This document shows positions 15,443 to 31,297 of a stretch of 64,000 nucleotides of DNA, in pieces (the stretch's first letter is position 1; each line of letters opens with the position of its first letter). Under the pieces are notes generated by a model, which saw nothing but the letters and a program-made list of their open reading frames with translations, was not told where the DNA came from and did no database searches. Origin of the DNA: the human T2T-CHM13v2.0 reference genome, Homo sapiens. The DNA is taken from NCBI RefSeq assembly GCF_009914755.1, contig NC_060934.1. One strand, 5' to 3'. The translations under genes and the position numbers were made by a program.

Positions 15443-15896
15443 TGTAGGGAAACAGTTCTCCATGAGCCTCTCACGTTTCTGCACATCTTGTGAGCAGAGG
15501 CATTCTCCACCTATTTTTCTGTCTATCTTTTCACAGATATTTATATAGTGAACAGGTGTGGAAGATTGGGGTAGCGTCTCCCTTCAGAACAATGGCAGAT
15601 GTGTTCATTGTTAACTATAAAAGATTTGGGTTTCCTAAGCTTGGAGTTCCTGTTCTGTAATACAGCCACTGATGGCAGTGCTAGTGTTACCTGGCCCTTT
15701 CCTGTAACTCGGTGGTAATTAGGACTTGAGAAACTGGCAGGAAAAAGGATCCTGAAATTCTGGCTCCTGATATTGCTGTGAGTATTAGAGACCTTTGTTC
15801 CTGACCCAGGAGTCTTGTGTCTTCTTTCATGAAGCTATAGCAGAGTTGTTAACTCACAAGTTGGGTAAAATCTCAGACTCCCTGTGGTTCTAGACA
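15443..15896 (+). mobile_element. ERVL-class solo LTR (MER76-like), inserted in an old L1 fragment
   Basis: TG...CA ends; 'acagttctccatgagcctctcacgtttctgcacatcttgtgagcagaggca'; 'tgacccaggagtcttgtgtcttc'. Confidence 0.7.
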
Positions 15897-18199
15897 ATTA
15901 TATTGCTAAACTATTTTTCAACATCATCATTCTTGATAGCTGTATTTTGACAAGTGCACTCCGATGTCTTTATCCAATTCCCTGTCGGATTCTTAAACTG
16001 TTTTCATGGTCTTGCCCTTGAATATAATATTTGCATACAACATATTCATACAACATATTCATCCCTTATAAATAACTTTTCTAGATGAAGATTTAAGGAA
16101 CTTTTGCTCTTGATGAACTGCATATTAAATACCATTTCAGATTTTCTGGGTATTTAACAATTAATTTCTATTGACTGCTCCTCTGTCAGTGGTCCTGAAG
16201 GTCAGGCTCATTGAGGGGATGGATGGGTCAACCCATGACAGATGATGGGATGGCTCAAGTGTCAGAGGCCAGTCATCCTAGGGTTAGCTGTGAAAATAGA
16301 AGGCAAAAGGTCAGAAATCCAAAAGGATGATATAGCTCAAAAACCTCACAAATACGTTCTCACCCTAATATTCCACCTCTACAATTTCACGTTTAGTTGT
16401 TGCCAAGTGCATGCACATGAGACAAAACAAAGCCAAGGCCAAAGCCTGGCTAATTCAGCTGGTAATAGACAGTGAACCACTTATAGGTTTAGACAGTTAT
16501 TATTTTTATATAGACAGTGAAGAGGGGGGCCAGTTCCCCATGATCTTTCCCAAACACCAAACTGAGCAACCCTGAAATGGAAGGGATCAGATGACTACAC
16601 CATGAGCTGGGGCACTTGCAGATTTTGGCTGAACAGTTTCGTGTTCTGCAGCTCTACTTTTGGAGTGGGGGAAACAGGGCAGAAAGCGCCAAACCTTGTC
16701 AGCACCCTGGAGACCTTGAGAAACTGATTCATGACAACCTCTCAAGGAGAGAGGGAGATGAGTGGGAGATGGCTTCACAGCAGCTCCTACAAGCCTCATG
16801 TCCTTGGAGGAGCACAGGCATTGTGCCAAGCCATTCAAGAGGTAGCTTCTCTGGTTAGGTGCAAGTCACCAGGGCACCATGGTGGAGCCATTGCCCCACA
16901 CTTACCTTTTTATCCTATTCTCTCACATTTCCTCCAACCTCTGCCCACACACTATTGCCTGCTGCTGCACATTCTCCAGACATACACCCCACACACCTGC
17001 AGCTGTGCCTTGGTTGCAGGTGAGCTTTTAACTGGGGCCGTTTGCCTCCATCTCATACCACCTAGCAAAGTCCCAGCTACCTCCAAGCTGAGCTTGGTGC
17101 CTTAATATATTTAATGATGATGACATCCCAAGAGCCAGCAGGGTGGGTATAGTATACTCATTTTACAGAAAAGGAGGGGAGTTGTTAGGGAACTTGCTCA
17201 GGGCTCTCCAGTAGCAGAGCCAAGATTCAACTCCTTTGATCCTTTGCAGGATGCAGCACAAAGCCTAGCTCATAGCAAGTTAGAATAAAATGTCTGGAGA
17301 GTCACATCAAATGAATTGCAGCAAGGGGGCATCAAGAGGAACTGAATCCACAGTCTTGGATAATCAGATCTAATGGTGGGTGCCAGAGCAAGTGACAGTC
17401 AAGGTACATGAGGGATGGGGCACTATCAGAGTCAGAGCTAATTCGGCCTGAATCCTGGGCCTTGTACAGTCTGGTCTTGAAGGGGCAGGGCCCAGCGCTG
17501 GTAGAGCTGGGGACTAGCTGTGCTATTGGAAGGTTGTGTTTGAGGAGAGAGGATTTGAGCATAGAAGGGGCATTAGCAGGTTTGGGGTTCATCCTGATGT
17601 TCCCTAGCTTCTCCCTTCTCTCTGGAGTCCCTCCTCCCCCTGGCCTGTCTTTAGCCCTTTTAGTTCCAATCACTTTATCCTTTCAGCCTGGCCGAGCTCT
17701 CCCGCTGGTCTCATTCTCCTCTAACCAGACCTGGGGTTGTCGGCTGCTTTTGGAATTCACCATTAGGAGATGAAGAGGCAGCCACAGGTTGACTGAGCAA
17801 GCGTCATTGTCTATTTGAAGTTTCAAAGGTATCTCTGAAAATAAACACAGTTTTCTGCAAGAGTGAAATGGCATCTGTGGTAGAATTGGAAAGACAGTTG
17901 TCATTTTGCTTGGAGTTCCTCTTCTATAGATGGCAGCTGGGCCTTTCAAAGTCAAGGGTGACAGTCTGCACATGGCTTCTCCCCAGCACTGTACTGGCTG
18001 GTGGGGGTGGGGTGCAATACAAGAGAAATAAACTTCCCCGGTTTGCTGCTCTGACTGAGGCCTCCTTCCCCCACCCCCTCATCAGCCAGGATGCAGGACT
18101 CCCTATCTGGGTATCTTCCACATTGAAAATTGTGCTGTGTTGAGATAACATGGCACAGAGATTCAACCCACAGGGGTTTTGGGGTTAGGCAGGCATAGC

Positions 18200-18390
18200 T
18201 ATAAGCCTCAGCACTGCCCCTCTACAGCAGCTTTTGTAATGTTGAGCAAGTGACTTTGCCTCTCAGAGCCTCCATTTCCTCATGTGTAAATGGGGATAAG
18301 AGGATCTGCCTCCTAGGATGATAGGGATGGATTTAGTGAAATAGTGCATGTCAAGAGCTTATGAGTGTGTGGCCACAGCACGAATTCATT
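18200..18390 (+). mobile_element. MIR
   Basis: 'gagcaagtgactttgcctctcagagcctccatttcctcatgtgtaaatggggataa'. Confidence 0.75.
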
Positions 18391-18499
18391 ACTGTTGCTC
18401 TATGACTGTTATCAAAGCTGTGGCCCACATGTACACCCGGCTAATGGCTAATGTGAGGTAGGCTGTGATGCCTGCTACAATGAAGCTGTGATTGTAACT

Positions 18500-18808
18500 A
18501 TAGCCCACACCCATATCCCTGGGTCCCACACATGTGGATTCAACCAACTACAGATCAAAAATATTAGAAAAAAATAAAAGTAGCAATACAACAAAAATAC
18601 ATATAAGAAAACCCAGTATAACAACTATTTACGTAGTATTTAGGTATTGTAAGTAATCTAGAGATGATTTAAAGTATACAGAAGGAAGTGTGTAGATTCT
18701 ATCTAAATACTATGCCACTTTGTATCAGAGACTTGAGCATCCATGGATTTTGGTGTCTGATGGTGGGGAGTCCTGAAACCAATACCCCATGAGTATTGGG
18801 GATGACTG
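18500..18808 (+). mobile_element. MER2 (TcMar-Tigger) DNA transposon fossil
   Basis: 'gtggattcaaccaac...gtaatctagagatgatttaaagtatac...gacttgagcatccatggattttggt...gatgactg', TA flank. Confidence 0.85.
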
Positions 18809-20009
18809 TATCATTATTGGGCCATCTTCTCCCTTGGGGAAACCAGATCTCCACCAGCATTAATAAGGCAATTGCTGTGCCAGAGACCATTAATATTGAG
18901 AATCTCATGTTTTCATGTTACAACATCATATTTAAGGATGTATAAGAGTTCTTTATCACTGGCAATAAACTCTAAAGATAAATGAGCCAGAGCCACCAAG
19001 GAATAAAAACTCTCCATCTTTGACTGTACACGCCCAAGGATGACGCTGTTACCCTTAGATCTAAGCCATAGGCCTGAACACAGGCAAACAGCTGTTGGTT
19101 AATGGCCCTGGAGATCTGGAGGGCTGAACAGAAACTCCCCAAATGATAACGTTCTGGGGAGTCATAGCACTGATGCATTCACTAGGCATCTACCTCTGAT
19201 CTGGAGGAAGTCCATGCTGCTTCAAATTCAGAGACTGTGCCCTAGGCATCGTTTTGATTTTCCTCCTCTCCACCCCACTCTATGCTGTGAAACTGAGATT
19301 AATTGAACTGCTAAAATGATGAAGTTATATATACCAGCTAATTTTCCAATGGTCAGCATGACCTTTTATAGAAGTGTGTTCAGCATTTGAAAATGTATAT
19401 TTTTCCAACATCTTACCATAAAATACATATCAGAAAGTAAAGTTTTAAATGATTTTCTTTTATACTGGCAAACTAGGAAGTATGAGATGTTCATTTGCCG
19501 CAGAGTTAGCAAATACATAACCAATTATGAAGTCTGAGAATATCACAGTTGACTTAAGCAGCAAATAGTCGTGCCTATGTAATTCCATTTAACTGGTTAC
19601 TCAGCTCTTTTTTGAAAGGCATTATTTAGCTTGTTAGGGAACCTCAAAGGGAATCAGTTTTATTAAGCAACTAGACAATTAGACCTTGGAGTATTTAAAA
19701 AGATTACAGGCAGACAAATAGTACTGCAAACTGGCCTGTGAAATACATTCAAGAACTCCATAGACAGAAATAAAGATTTACAGAAGTCCTTTTTCCTATT
19801 GTGTTCTTTCTAATTACCTTTTTAATTGTGGTTTTTCTAATTGAGATTGTTTTTTCCAATGTAAGATATCTACTGCATAAATATATGCATATTATCTTCA
19901 TAATACTTGTATTACAGATAAGCTAAAAGAAGAAAATGACCCATTTCAAGAAATAACCAATATCAATTCTTTGCTCTAAACTTTCCAGAGGCCTGTATAG
20001 TACAGCCAG

Positions 20010-20628
<619 letters not shown>

Positions 20629-23018
20629 TATGGTTCACTTTTTATTTACTGGCATATTGTGAAGATTTTTCTATATAAATAGATGCACATCTCTTTATTA
20701 TTTTTAATAGCTATATAATATTGCATCATCTGCTGCTTGATAAATTACCAGGTAGGAGGCTAAGCAGAGCCATGGTTTAGGCCCCACCCTTCCTTGCTAG
20801 AGCTCAGTGAGGGCAAAGCTTCCTGCCCTACCCCAGGTCACCCCTGATGTGCCACAGTGAGTATTTTTACCTTGGTTCAAACCCTGTGACCGAGTTCTCT
20901 GCATTCATGGGCTCCTTTACAGTAGCAGAATGCCCAGCTAGCAGAGGCACTGGGGATTCCCACCATCGAAGGCTGCTCAGGGAAGAGAGCCTCTTTCTTT
21001 GCTTCTAATAAACCAGCATCTCTGCCATTTGCATAACTTCTGGAGAAGGGCCAATACATTTTGGGAAGATGCTTGTTTTCTTGCAGAGGCAGCTGAAACT
21101 CATTTGAATAACCAAGTCAAATCAATTCAGAAGAAGCCAGCTCAGCATGAAAGCAAGGATTATCATTCTTGTTCCTGCCATATCCCTCCAAGTAGCACAG
21201 TGAACCAACTGCAGAATCATAGACTCCGTGCTTTAGGATGTGCAAGGTGACCTGGTCCTCCTTTACAGGTAAGCGAGTGGAGGCATGACCCCAGGTCACA
21301 TGAAAAGTAAGGGGCAGAACAGGGGAAAACTCAGGTATTTGGACTTCATGTTCAGAGTTCTTCCCACTCCACTCTACTACCTTCTACTCTCTCTCATCCA
21401 AGAGAGATTGAAAGTGACTGCAGGTGCAGACTTTTGTGAGAGGAAATAATTAAAGCGCTACTGTTGATCTCTTTTGTTCCCACTTGGTCAGGACATCTTG
21501 GGGAAAATTAGGGTGGACAGAGCTACATGGGTTAGGGAGGAATAGAGTGCAAGGTAACATCAATGAAAACGAGTTGCTAAAAAGAGAAAATGATGTTACT
21601 GATTCAATCCTCTAAGTGGCTAACTCAACAACAGCAAATATGCTGTGTGTGTCCACCACTGGGGCATCCTATCGAAGAGTTTGATGCATGGAGAGACAAA
21701 GTTCAGTTCTTGGCAGGATGAGAGGAAACATTGTGCTGATCTAATATGGAATCCATTCTCAGCTCTAGCATTTGCCCCCAAGGACCGCATAGATGTATGA
21801 TGTTCCCTGAATTATCTTTTCAAAATGCAAGTCTAGGCTTGTGGTTCCCTGCCTTAAACCCTGTCAGTGGCTCTCCATTGTCTTCTGAGTGACCTACTGA
21901 CCCCTCAGCAGGAATCTTTGGGGGTGAGAGCAGCAAGGAAGGGGTAGGATGATTATGAGAGGTAGGATGAGCTTCTTAATTACACATTTCTCGAGGTCTA
22001 GAGCCCTCCAGTAATGGTACCTGGCAGAAAACAGCCTTGCCCTGCAGAGTTGTCTAGAAGTGGATGACAAAACCCAGCGGGGCCAGGCCCAGAGTACTGG
22101 TCCTACCTTGACGGCAGGACCTCAGCCTTATAGATTTCTGCAGGGTCAACCCAGAGAACATAGATGCATGGAATAGACCAAAGCAGTTATTTGCTTTCCC
22201 CCGACAAGGCCCTTAGTGTCTGCGGCTCACCCCATCTAATGGACTTGGAGTTCGAGACAGCTGTTGACCCTGTCACTTTTCCAGTTTGATATTTAGTTAT
22301 CAGTGTGCTCAGCCCTTATCTTTTAGATATTTGACATTCAAACCCCAGTTGGGACTCTTGTACATCAGCTGGCTAGGAAACATTTTGGGTAATTGGATGG
22401 TGGCACTACCTGCCAGCTACCAGTTGGATTCGGGTGCTGTCTTTCAACATCAGTGTGTACTTATGCAGTTTATTGCATTTTAAAATTGTTATATAAAAAT
22501 CAGTAAAAATGAAAACTGAAGGTCTGATATTAATGGTAAGAATTACTGGCCTTATAAATGCATTCAATTGAGGCAAAGATGAAAAGCAATAGCACGTTAA
22601 CAGTCTTTGATTTTGAAGAACATGCACCAAACAGAAGGCAATATATTGACAACATAATTTTTCTATGCCTTAAAGATAGGGCTAGTTAGAATTTTCATAA
22701 TTGTCTCTCAGAGATCAGAAGTCTTCTTCTAAAATATATTATCTATTTTCAGTTTTCACACTACTGACTGATGTTCAGAAGGAAGGTCTTGACGTCAAGC
22801 ATCTCCTGCCACAAGGAAAACTTTAGGGGGAAATGTGAGCAAAGTGCAGAGGGTGAGGCTCATGAGAGGGGTGGACAGGTGAGGAGGCAGTGCTGAGTTC
22901 TGAAGGCCGCCCTGATGCTGAGATTCCATAGCTGGGGCTACCCTCATGACCCCTAAAACTCTCTTATCACTAAATACCAAAGGACTGTCCCCTGAGGACT
23001 GATGGACCAGATACACAG

Positions 23019-23458
23019 TGTTAAAATAAAAACTTTAAATAAATTAAATATAACAGAGTTTAACTGAGCAAGAAAAAGAAAAAGATTCACGAATCAGGCA
23101 GCCATCAGAATCACAGCAGATTCAGAGAGATTCTAGCACTTGCCACATGGTCAGAGCAAATTTATGGACAGAGGGGAAAAAAAGGAGCCTGCAGAAAACA
23201 ACAGTGAGGTCCAGAAACAGCTGGATTGGTTACGGCTCTGCGTTAGCCTCCTTTGCACATGGTTTGAACAGTTGGCTGCCTGTGAGTGGCTCAAGCATGG
23301 CTGCTGGGATTGGCTGAGACTCTGCTAGCTTACAGAAGCATACTCCTGCGTTAGTTTTCGGTTTGCCTGCCTACTATGTTAGGTTACAGTTCCTCCATAA
23401 GAACTCAAGTATGAGAGTACAGAGGCTTTCTCAGACCAGATCTTAGTTTGACTTTACA
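23019..23458 (-). mobile_element. ERV1 solo LTR, MER57-like
   Basis: 'aaattaaatataacagagtttaactgagcaa...gaagtg/cagtgaggtccagaaacagctggattggttac...gtttgaacagttggc' matches antisense MER57; TG...CA ends. Confidence 0.75.
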
Positions 23459-23959
23459 GTGATGCTGGGCTTGGTGTGAGATGTGGGGAAAAGGCACGGG
23501 CTAAGAGTTTAAGAAGAGGTGGCTTGAAGCCAGTAATATGCTCTTGGATGGAAACAGCTTTTTACTTTCACTCAGGGGCAAAGACAACTGGACCACGGGC
23601 TATAAAGAACTGTGCTCTACAGAAATGGGACAGAAATGCCTACTGAGGGCCTAGAGTGCCTAGTACATTAGCGTTCATTACATGTTGAGGGGTCCCCTTT
23701 TGTCAAGTAGAGGAAGCAGAAGTTGGTCACATTATGTTAATATATCTGTGTCAGTCGTGTAGTTATCAAATGCCCCTTGCTGTTCTCTCTAATCTTTTCA
23801 CTACTCTCATTGGGGAAAGGAGATGAAGGGAACCGACATTTGCAGGTGGGGCTGCTGCATATGATTATGGAGAGACTATGTGAATGACACCCTTGGCATT
23901 GCACAGTGCACAACCTATGCAGCTGTACAGGATGATCCTGGCTGTTGTTTGCCTCCTGT

Positions 23960-24668
23960 TGTTATAGCAGGTAGCTAGTTTTGCATGAAAAGGGCAGGAT
24001 GGGGTTCCCTCCCACTGCATCAGGAAGGTCAGGCAACCATCAGGCAATATGGTCAGGCGGTTGTTACACTGTTTCTCTAAAATGGTAATTGGTCGCAGCC
24101 AGCACTAGGGAAAGGCAGTCTCCCAATAGACAGAAAAAAACCTGAAACTGGTGATCAGCAGTTTCCCGATAAGATCTCAGGAGTTGGGTGAGTGGGCTCA
24201 AGCATGTACACTAAGAGGCAAAATGGCGGAGTTTAACTGGTATATGACCTTCTCAGAGCATTCATCTGGTGAGGGAGGAATGCCTCAGGTGAGCATCACA
24301 CAACTCCAGGAAATGGTTGTAGCGGCTCCTCCCAAGTGCTAGCAGGCCACTGTGCATGCAGGTATCCCACATCAAGGGAAAAATCAGGGGAGAAGAGAGG
24401 CAAGCTCCAAGAAGTATGCCAATATTATAAAACCCTGAGTCAAAGGTCAAACTGGACACTTGATCTCTCAAGTTGGCTGCTTGGCCCTCTTGCAAGTGTA
24501 TTTTCCTTCCTTTCATTCCTGCTCTAAAGCTTTTTAATAAACTTTCACTCCTGCTGTAAAACTTGCCTCGTTCTCTCACTCTGCCTCATGCCCCTTCAGC
24601 TGAATTCTTTCTTCTGAAGAGGGAAGAACAGGTTGCTGCAGACCCATACAGATTTGCTGCCAGTAACA
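23960..24668 (+). mobile_element. MER50 ERV1 solo LTR
   Basis: 'tgttatagcaggtagctag...caaccatcagg...ggtcaggcggttgtta...agggaaaggcagtctcccaataga'; TATAAAA 24426, AATAAA 24536; TSD ctgt/ctat. Confidence 0.85.
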
Positions 24669-24855
24669 CTATGTTTATAGTACTGTGCTAGATCTTCCTA
24701 TTATCACATCAAATTGCACTCCTAAAAGCCCTGGGAGGTGGGATTATCCCCACTTGTCACTAAAGAAATAATGAGTTGGAAAAGTTGAAGGATGTCCCAA
24801 GATCACAAAACTAGGACTAGAATGAAAACTGTAGTCTGACTCAGCCAGCTCTTTC

Positions 24856-25236
<381 letters not shown>

Positions 25237-25675
25237 CAGCTAGCTCTTTCAGTCATCCCAGAGAGTTTGGAGCTGAATGCACCTATGTGCAAATGAACCA
25301 TCCACCTAAGAGTGCAAAACCTGTGCAATACACAGAAGCCCTGCGTTCCCTCACTGCATGATGCTTTCTGTGTCTGGCATTGGCTCCCAGAGACTGGCTC
25401 TCTGGAAGTTCGAGGAGGAATTACAGCTTTAGCAGGAGCCTGGGTTCTTCAATCCAGAATCTATGCACTGAATCGTAAACTCTCATTTGAATTTGATCTC
25501 CTGCATTAGCTCCAGAATCTATTCCTTCTCTTCTTCCTTGATACTTCTTTTCATCTTTGTATGTGAAGGATGGGAGTCCCTGCATTATTTAATGCTCAGT
25601 GTCCTTCACAGCTGGGGCAGCAATTCTAACATTGAGCTATAAAACATCAGAAGAGAAAAAAGGAAAGTCTGCCCC

Positions 25676-26524
<849 letters not shown>

Positions 26525-27569
26525 CCCCTAATCAAAAAGGAAGAGACTGCTGATGATGCCTTTAGGACAAAGGCACAGAACTGGAAGGAACCTGCAGAGA
26601 GGAGCTGCCAGCCCCTACCTTCTCTCCCACAGAAAGATGTGCTCAGGTCAGAGAAGGATATTTTGGTTATCAAGGGGAGATGAGGCATGAGAGAGAGAGA
26701 GAGAGACAAATAGACAGACAGAGAAACAAATAGAAAATGATTATAAGGCTGTGGTTAGAAATTCCATGGCTCAATGGACCAGGCAGCCACACAAGTGAGT
26801 AAAGTAGGTGGTAGAATCCATGGCAAAATGGAGATGTCATGCTCTAAAGGGGCTGTACCTACTCATAGACCCAACCAGTTGTGGCCAAGTACTTATCCCA
26901 TGTACTAGGATGTACTAGGACTGGTTTTAAGAAAATCTAAGCTTTTGAATTTTAAAGAATAATTATAATAGCTACCACTTGTGAAGCACTCAAGGCTGAG
27001 GGCAGAGCATGGAGAATCTATTTGGGAATAAGAGGAAGATCAGAAGTGAGTGGAGACAAAGGAGCTATGAAGAGTAGCAAACAAACAGAAAATCACATCC
27101 ATGGAGACAGCAGTGGAAGGGAGGGAGGTGACCATCTGCAGTGGCACCTGGCAGAGAGGTGGAGACCCAGGATGGACAAGGAAAGGCTGGTGAACATAGT
27201 GTGCAGGATGGCTTCGGTGACCTCCCAGAGACTAATTTCAGCAGAGGGACAGAGATCAAAACAGACTACAAGGAGCGGGCAAGTGGGTGGGTGGAAGAAA
27301 GCAGATGCAGGTGGCACTACTCGTTTCAAAAGTTTGGCCAAACTCCTTAGAATTCTGAGTTTTGTATTCCATCCCCATTAGTACCATTAGTTTCAGTGGC
27401 TACTTTCAATTAGTTCTCCACGCAGGCATCTGCAGCCTTTTCCTTCCCACTGTTCAAGCCTATTATCAGAAAGAAAAAAGGAAGCAACTCAGTTGGGATC
27501 TTCTTTTTAAATGTTCATCAAAGAAAGAAAATCAGCAAAACTGCTGAGTTTATTCTAAGCACAGCAGTG

Positions 27570-27900
27570 TAGAGTCCAACCACCAAATTTATTTCCACCT
27601 GAATCTCTAATGAGGGAGGGAGAGGTGAAACTGTCATTCTTCGGTGCAAATTTCTTCAGATTTACCTGTAGATGGGGAAACTGCCAGGCCTCCCTTAGGA
27701 CTGCATTTTTTTGGTGACAGCCATTCCTCCAAGACACAAGAACCCTCTTATGCAAGTCTTTTGCTCAAGGTCTCCCTCTTGGTCTTCCTAAAACTTGCTT
27801 GGAACTGCAGTGCAGCCTGAGACTCCTGCCCAACCCCTCTTCTGTCCTTCTGTCATTCACAGGTGTCAGAGTGGCACAGCCATTTGAGAGCGCTCGCAGT
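27570..27900 (+). mobile_element. LTR16-like ERVL LTR fragment
   Basis: 'ctgcagtgcagcctgagactcctgcccaacccctcttc...ttcacaggtgtcaga'. Confidence 0.55.
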
Positions 27901-27960
27901 TGCCTCCACATCACAGGTGTGTGTGTCACAGGTGGTGTGACCACCAACACTGACTTCTAA

Positions 27961-28273
<313 letters not shown>

Positions 28274-31179
28274 CCCTGACACTTTTAAGGAAAACAATTG
28301 TACCTCTAGTTTAACATTTTGATGTAGTACAGGCTTCTGCAACTGAGCACTTGTAAATGCCTTATATTTAGTTGTAATGCCATTTGGGGCACTAGGTATG
28401 GTGCGTCATATGAAAAGAGGCCTTACGTTATAGAGTCCAAAGGATAGCGCAAATGTGTTCCAGTTTCCTGATCCTTCCATAGAGACTCCAACCTGGGCAC
28501 ACACATGGGCATTCCCTTTCTTTCCAGTCACCTTCCCTGACCTCACAATCATGATTATTTGAGCTCTTTTTTCACCCTAGGGCTCCTGGCTGCATCCCAG
28601 AAGTGTGTGTGGCATCTTCAGGTTCTGAGCATCACTGTAGGCTCAGTTCTGGAGAGGAAGTGGCAGGCACTTAGCTGAAGAAAGCCTCACTTCCTTCGGA
28701 TTTTTCAGACTTGAGCTTTAAGAGGACAAACAGCCCCTCCTCTAGCTAAATTTGCCAGCTTTAACTCATATGCTTTTATGCCAACCTACCAAAGATTTTT
28801 TTTTCCATCTTTTTATTAACCTTGCCAAACATTCCCAGGAGCTCTGCCTGGAGTGATGGAGGTAGGGGGAAAGGGAGAAAAAACGGAAAACAAACCCATC
28901 TCATCACAAGTATAAAGCTCTAAGCGTCGGGAGATAACGAACTAAAGTTATATAATTTATTTAAATATTCTTCCACCTGAGAGAGAGCTTAAAACCCCTA
29001 AGAGTCTTTTCTGAACTACACAGAGGGGAGTGGAAGAAAAGATGTTCCGATTTAATTCCTACATTATAATGAAAGCAATTGTCCTGTGTGTATCATTATT
29101 TTTCCATTATCTTAATGCATCAGTTAATGAAAATTTTCAGAGCCCATTCACATGGCTACAGTAGCTGAGAAGTTAGATTGCATCCTCCACCCTGTGGGTA
29201 CAGATGCAGCTGCACTGCACATGGGTTGTCTTCCACACATCAAAATCTCACCAGTGCTAACCCTAAGTTGGGCTGCATATGCCAGCCTAAGGGTACAAAG
29301 CAGCTTCCATTTCATCCAGATGGATTTCTCTCCCCCATTACCTTCCATTTGCAGCATCACTGTAGACATAGCCCATTCAGAAGGTACCCTCTGTGTTGAT
29401 GATAGCAGATTCATAGCTCTTGGGCACCACAGGCACTCGGGGATCCCAGACACTTCGGGCATGACACACAACTTTGGGACAATAACTTCCTCTGTATGAG
29501 AAGAAACAATATTTTTAATGTGTAAAGAGTTCAGACTTTATCCACTGCCTGCATATAACAATTTCAGAATTGCCAGCTTTGCTTTTCCTGTACTTCCCCC
29601 TCTTTTCCTTATTTTTGAGGGCAGAAAGGGCAAAAGCTTATGCAAAGCCTGATGAGAAAAGAGATGGGAGAGAAGAATGTATTTCCCAGGCAGCTTCATG
29701 GGGAGCGGGAGGATGAAACTGGTCAAATGGGTCATGATAGGAAAACAAGACACTCAGGTGGCAGGGACAGGACCATCTGGATGAGAGAGAGTATACTCAT
29801 GGCGTAGGAGTGAGAAATCTCTGACTAATTGGGGGTGGCAGAGAACAGAACAAGAGAAGTTATAAAGATTTGGTGTAGATTTTGCTCTTGGATCCCCCAT
29901 GAATTTTTGAGAAAGACCTAAGTAAAATTAAATCCCCTTCATGGGTTGCAGTTCTTCAAATGTGATACTCTTCTGAAACTGGCCCACTGGGTCTTAGCTT
30001 TACGGGCAGGATATTTTGTTTCTTTGCCACTCTGTGCCCATCTACCATCCAAGCACCAGGACTAATGTGAAGGGGCAACAATGTAGAATTACAGGCTTTC
30101 AAAGGATGAAGTCACATTAGAGATAATCGACTCTAGCCTCATATCTAATTCAGGAAACTTCCTAGTGCTCCCTTGCCTCATCTCTGGTTAAAGGATTCCA
30201 ATAATATGAATTTCAGGTCCAATGTAGAGGCAGTGTAGGTGTGGTTTCCAGACATTTACAATGGTTAAACTCCTGTTCCCTGAGTGTTAGGTCTGTCACC
30301 TGGAAAAGAGTCACAACAGTCCCTTTCTAGAATGTCAATGAGGGGAATAAAGAACAGAATGGATGCAGATATGCTCCAGAAAGAACAATGCAGATTCTAA
30401 TCATCGTGAGTACGGCCTCCTGACTCAGTGGCCTGGATTGAGTCTACATGTTGACCAAATATCTGGTCAGTTTAGTGAGGTCCAGTGTGGAAACATCCAT
30501 AAAATAAGTGATCTACTGGAGTTTTGGTTTTAAAGCTCTGGTGACATGCTAATACCCAGCTGTGCTCAATTAACAATGAGAAAGCATGTTCAAAAGACTA
30601 TCTACACCAGGTGGATAGAGAACCTTGGAAAACCAACACTTTTCCAATCAAAATTATTTCATTCGTAGAACTTTTTAGTAGCTATTTCAAATATCCTTTC
30701 ATTTAATGAGCTTGGTATCTGAATAAGAATATATCATAGGAAATGGGAGTCTTAGAAAATCTGACACTAAAGTAGAAAAAAAATTGAAAGAAAAATATTC
30801 CAAAATAAGAGTGGAGGAATTCAGGACAGCTTATTTTTCTTCCGTGTTGAAAATTCTCTACAATAATGCTATAATACCTTAAAAATAACAATCGTGTTAT
30901 AATAATACTAAGCACAATTTAACGGGTAGCTTTATGTATGTTCTTAGGTTAATTATTTCACCTTTCACTACTTCAGTTTCTTCATCTTCACAGCAAGGGG
31001 ATTCAAATAGATGCTACATAAGGACCTTTCTTATAACAACTCTATTGTGTGAAAATTTCACTTACATGCAATAGATGTCACCCCATTCAAAAATCTTTCA
31101 GCTTCACAGTAGATTATTTTTCCGTAGGAAAAACACATCTTTTGTTAACGATTATATGCATCTTGCCTCAGAAACAATA

Positions 31180-31297
31180 AATACAAGAATGACAGACGTT
31201 TTACGTCTCAGAAATTTTTCACTAATACAAGAGCAAATAATACAAGAATGATAGACATTTTGCATTTCGGAAATCTTTGACTAATATAATACAAGGG
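31180..31297. repeat. Diverged ~59-bp tandem duplication
   Basis: 'aatacaagaatgacagacgttttacgtctcagaaatttttcactaata' versus 'aatacaagaatgatagacattttgcatttcggaaatctttgactaata'. Confidence 0.8.

Noticed and set aside
29148-29499. Overlapping ORFs on both strands in unique sequence
   Set aside because: No recognisable homology and no clear splice-site pair; lengths within chance expectation.
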